NCBI GenBank assembly: GCA_015056105.1
Contig: SVGX01000003.1
Location: 128-64,127, forward strand
Reading direction: 5' to 3'
DNA from: Clostridiales bacterium
GTDB lineage: Bacteria > Bacillota > Clostridia > Christensenellales > CAG-138
DNA length: 64,000 nucleotides
In this document: piece by piece, positions 63,740 through 64,000 of the stretch
Position numbering within the stretch: the first letter of the stretch is position 1
Layout of the letters: each line of letters begins with the position of its first letter
The notes under the pieces: generated by a model
The model's input: the letters and a program-made list of their open reading frames with translations, nothing else
The model's database searches: none
What the model was told of the DNA's origin: nothing
Made by a program: the position numbers and the translations under genes

Positions 63740-63783
63740 TTTACTACAGGATTTACTACAGCGTGTGTAGTAAAAATGTAGTA
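63740..63783. promoter_or_regulatory. cluster of four TGTAGTAAA sites (two inverted, two direct): candidate integrase arm-type or repressor sites
   Basis: tttactaca (63740-48) and tttactaca (63752-60), a 5-bp spacer, then tgtagtaaa (63766-74) and tgtagta (63777-83). The middle pair is a perfect 9-bp inverted repeat. Confidence 0.55.
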
Positions 63784-63796
63784 TAGCCACGGAAGA

Positions 63797-64000
63797 TTAC
63801 GGCTTATCCAGATGCGCGTTCAGCGAATCGATGGCGGCGTTCTGCTTGAAGCGGGAAAGATGGGTGTAGATGCCCAGCGTCATCTCAAGGCTTGCGTGAC
63901 CTAGGAACAACTGCGCACTTTTCACATCCACGCCCGCATCGTAGAGCATGGTTGCGTAGCTGTGCCGCAGCATGTGCGCGGTGATGTTGTCGATGACCTG
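63797..64000 (-). CDS. tyrosine recombinase/phage-type integrase (C-terminal 67 aa; 5' part outside the window)
   Basis: Manual reverse translation gives ...ITAHMLRHSYATMLYDAGVDVKSAQLFLGHASLEMTLGIYTHLSRFKQ...DKP*, with the HxLRH, GH and catalytic Y motifs. Confidence 0.85.
   Translation of the reverse strand, partial: QVIDNITAHMLRHSYATMLYDAGVDVKSAQLFLGHASLEMTLGIYTHLSRFKQNAAIDSLNAHLDKP

Larger units (their letters stand above)
63435..64000. mobile_element. left edge of an integrated element (integrase, arm-type repeats, tRNA-derived att repeats)
   Basis: Combination of the four features above. The element body would lie beyond position 64000. Confidence 0.55.

Overview
High-GC, Gram-positive (Clostridia-like) chromosomal segment. 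All assignments come from reading the sequence and ORF translations by eye; no searches were run. (1) 1-33 kb is ordinary metabolism and transport on both strands. It holds a MATE pump, thioesterase, dut, TetR, a hydrolase, the proBAC operon, thrC plus an ACT protein, hom, PIG-L/nagB/flavin reductase, NhaC, an orphan binding protein, a short alaS, PadR-DUF2812, and AraC with a dppA-type D-aminopeptidase/peptide ABC operon. A second MATE pump, pcp and MerR follow. (2) 33.3-36.5 kb encodes a Cys-Gln thioester (TQxxIW) surface adhesin with a class B sortase. (3) 36.9-60.1 kb is an uninterrupted plus-strand block that I read as a non-canonical type VIIb-like secretion locus. It has a 1654-aa EssC ATPase, a YukD/EsaB ubiquitin-like protein and six tandem small helical proteins, five of them WxG. 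It also has a candidate effector/immunity module with a reverse-architecture alpha/beta-hydrolase. I could not recognise EsaA, EssA or EssB. In their place sit a vWA-TM-FHA protein, an RCC1/TPR lipoprotein translationally coupled to essC, a second TPR lipoprotein, two intact-looking Hanks Ser/Thr kinases, a PP2C phosphatase and a small membrane protein with TxxL repeats. This putative phospho-regulated T7SS variant is the main candidate for something undescribed. (4) 60.2-62.7 kb encodes a large secreted protein with a dockerin-like C-terminus. (5) 62.9-64.0 kb is a lower-GC non-coding stretch with a tRNA 3' half, a shorter second copy of its last 19 nt, clustered TGTAGTAAA repeats and the 3' end of a tyrosine integrase gene, i.e. 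the edge of an integrated element. Many long antisense ORFs in the track are high-GC shadow ORFs and were rejected.
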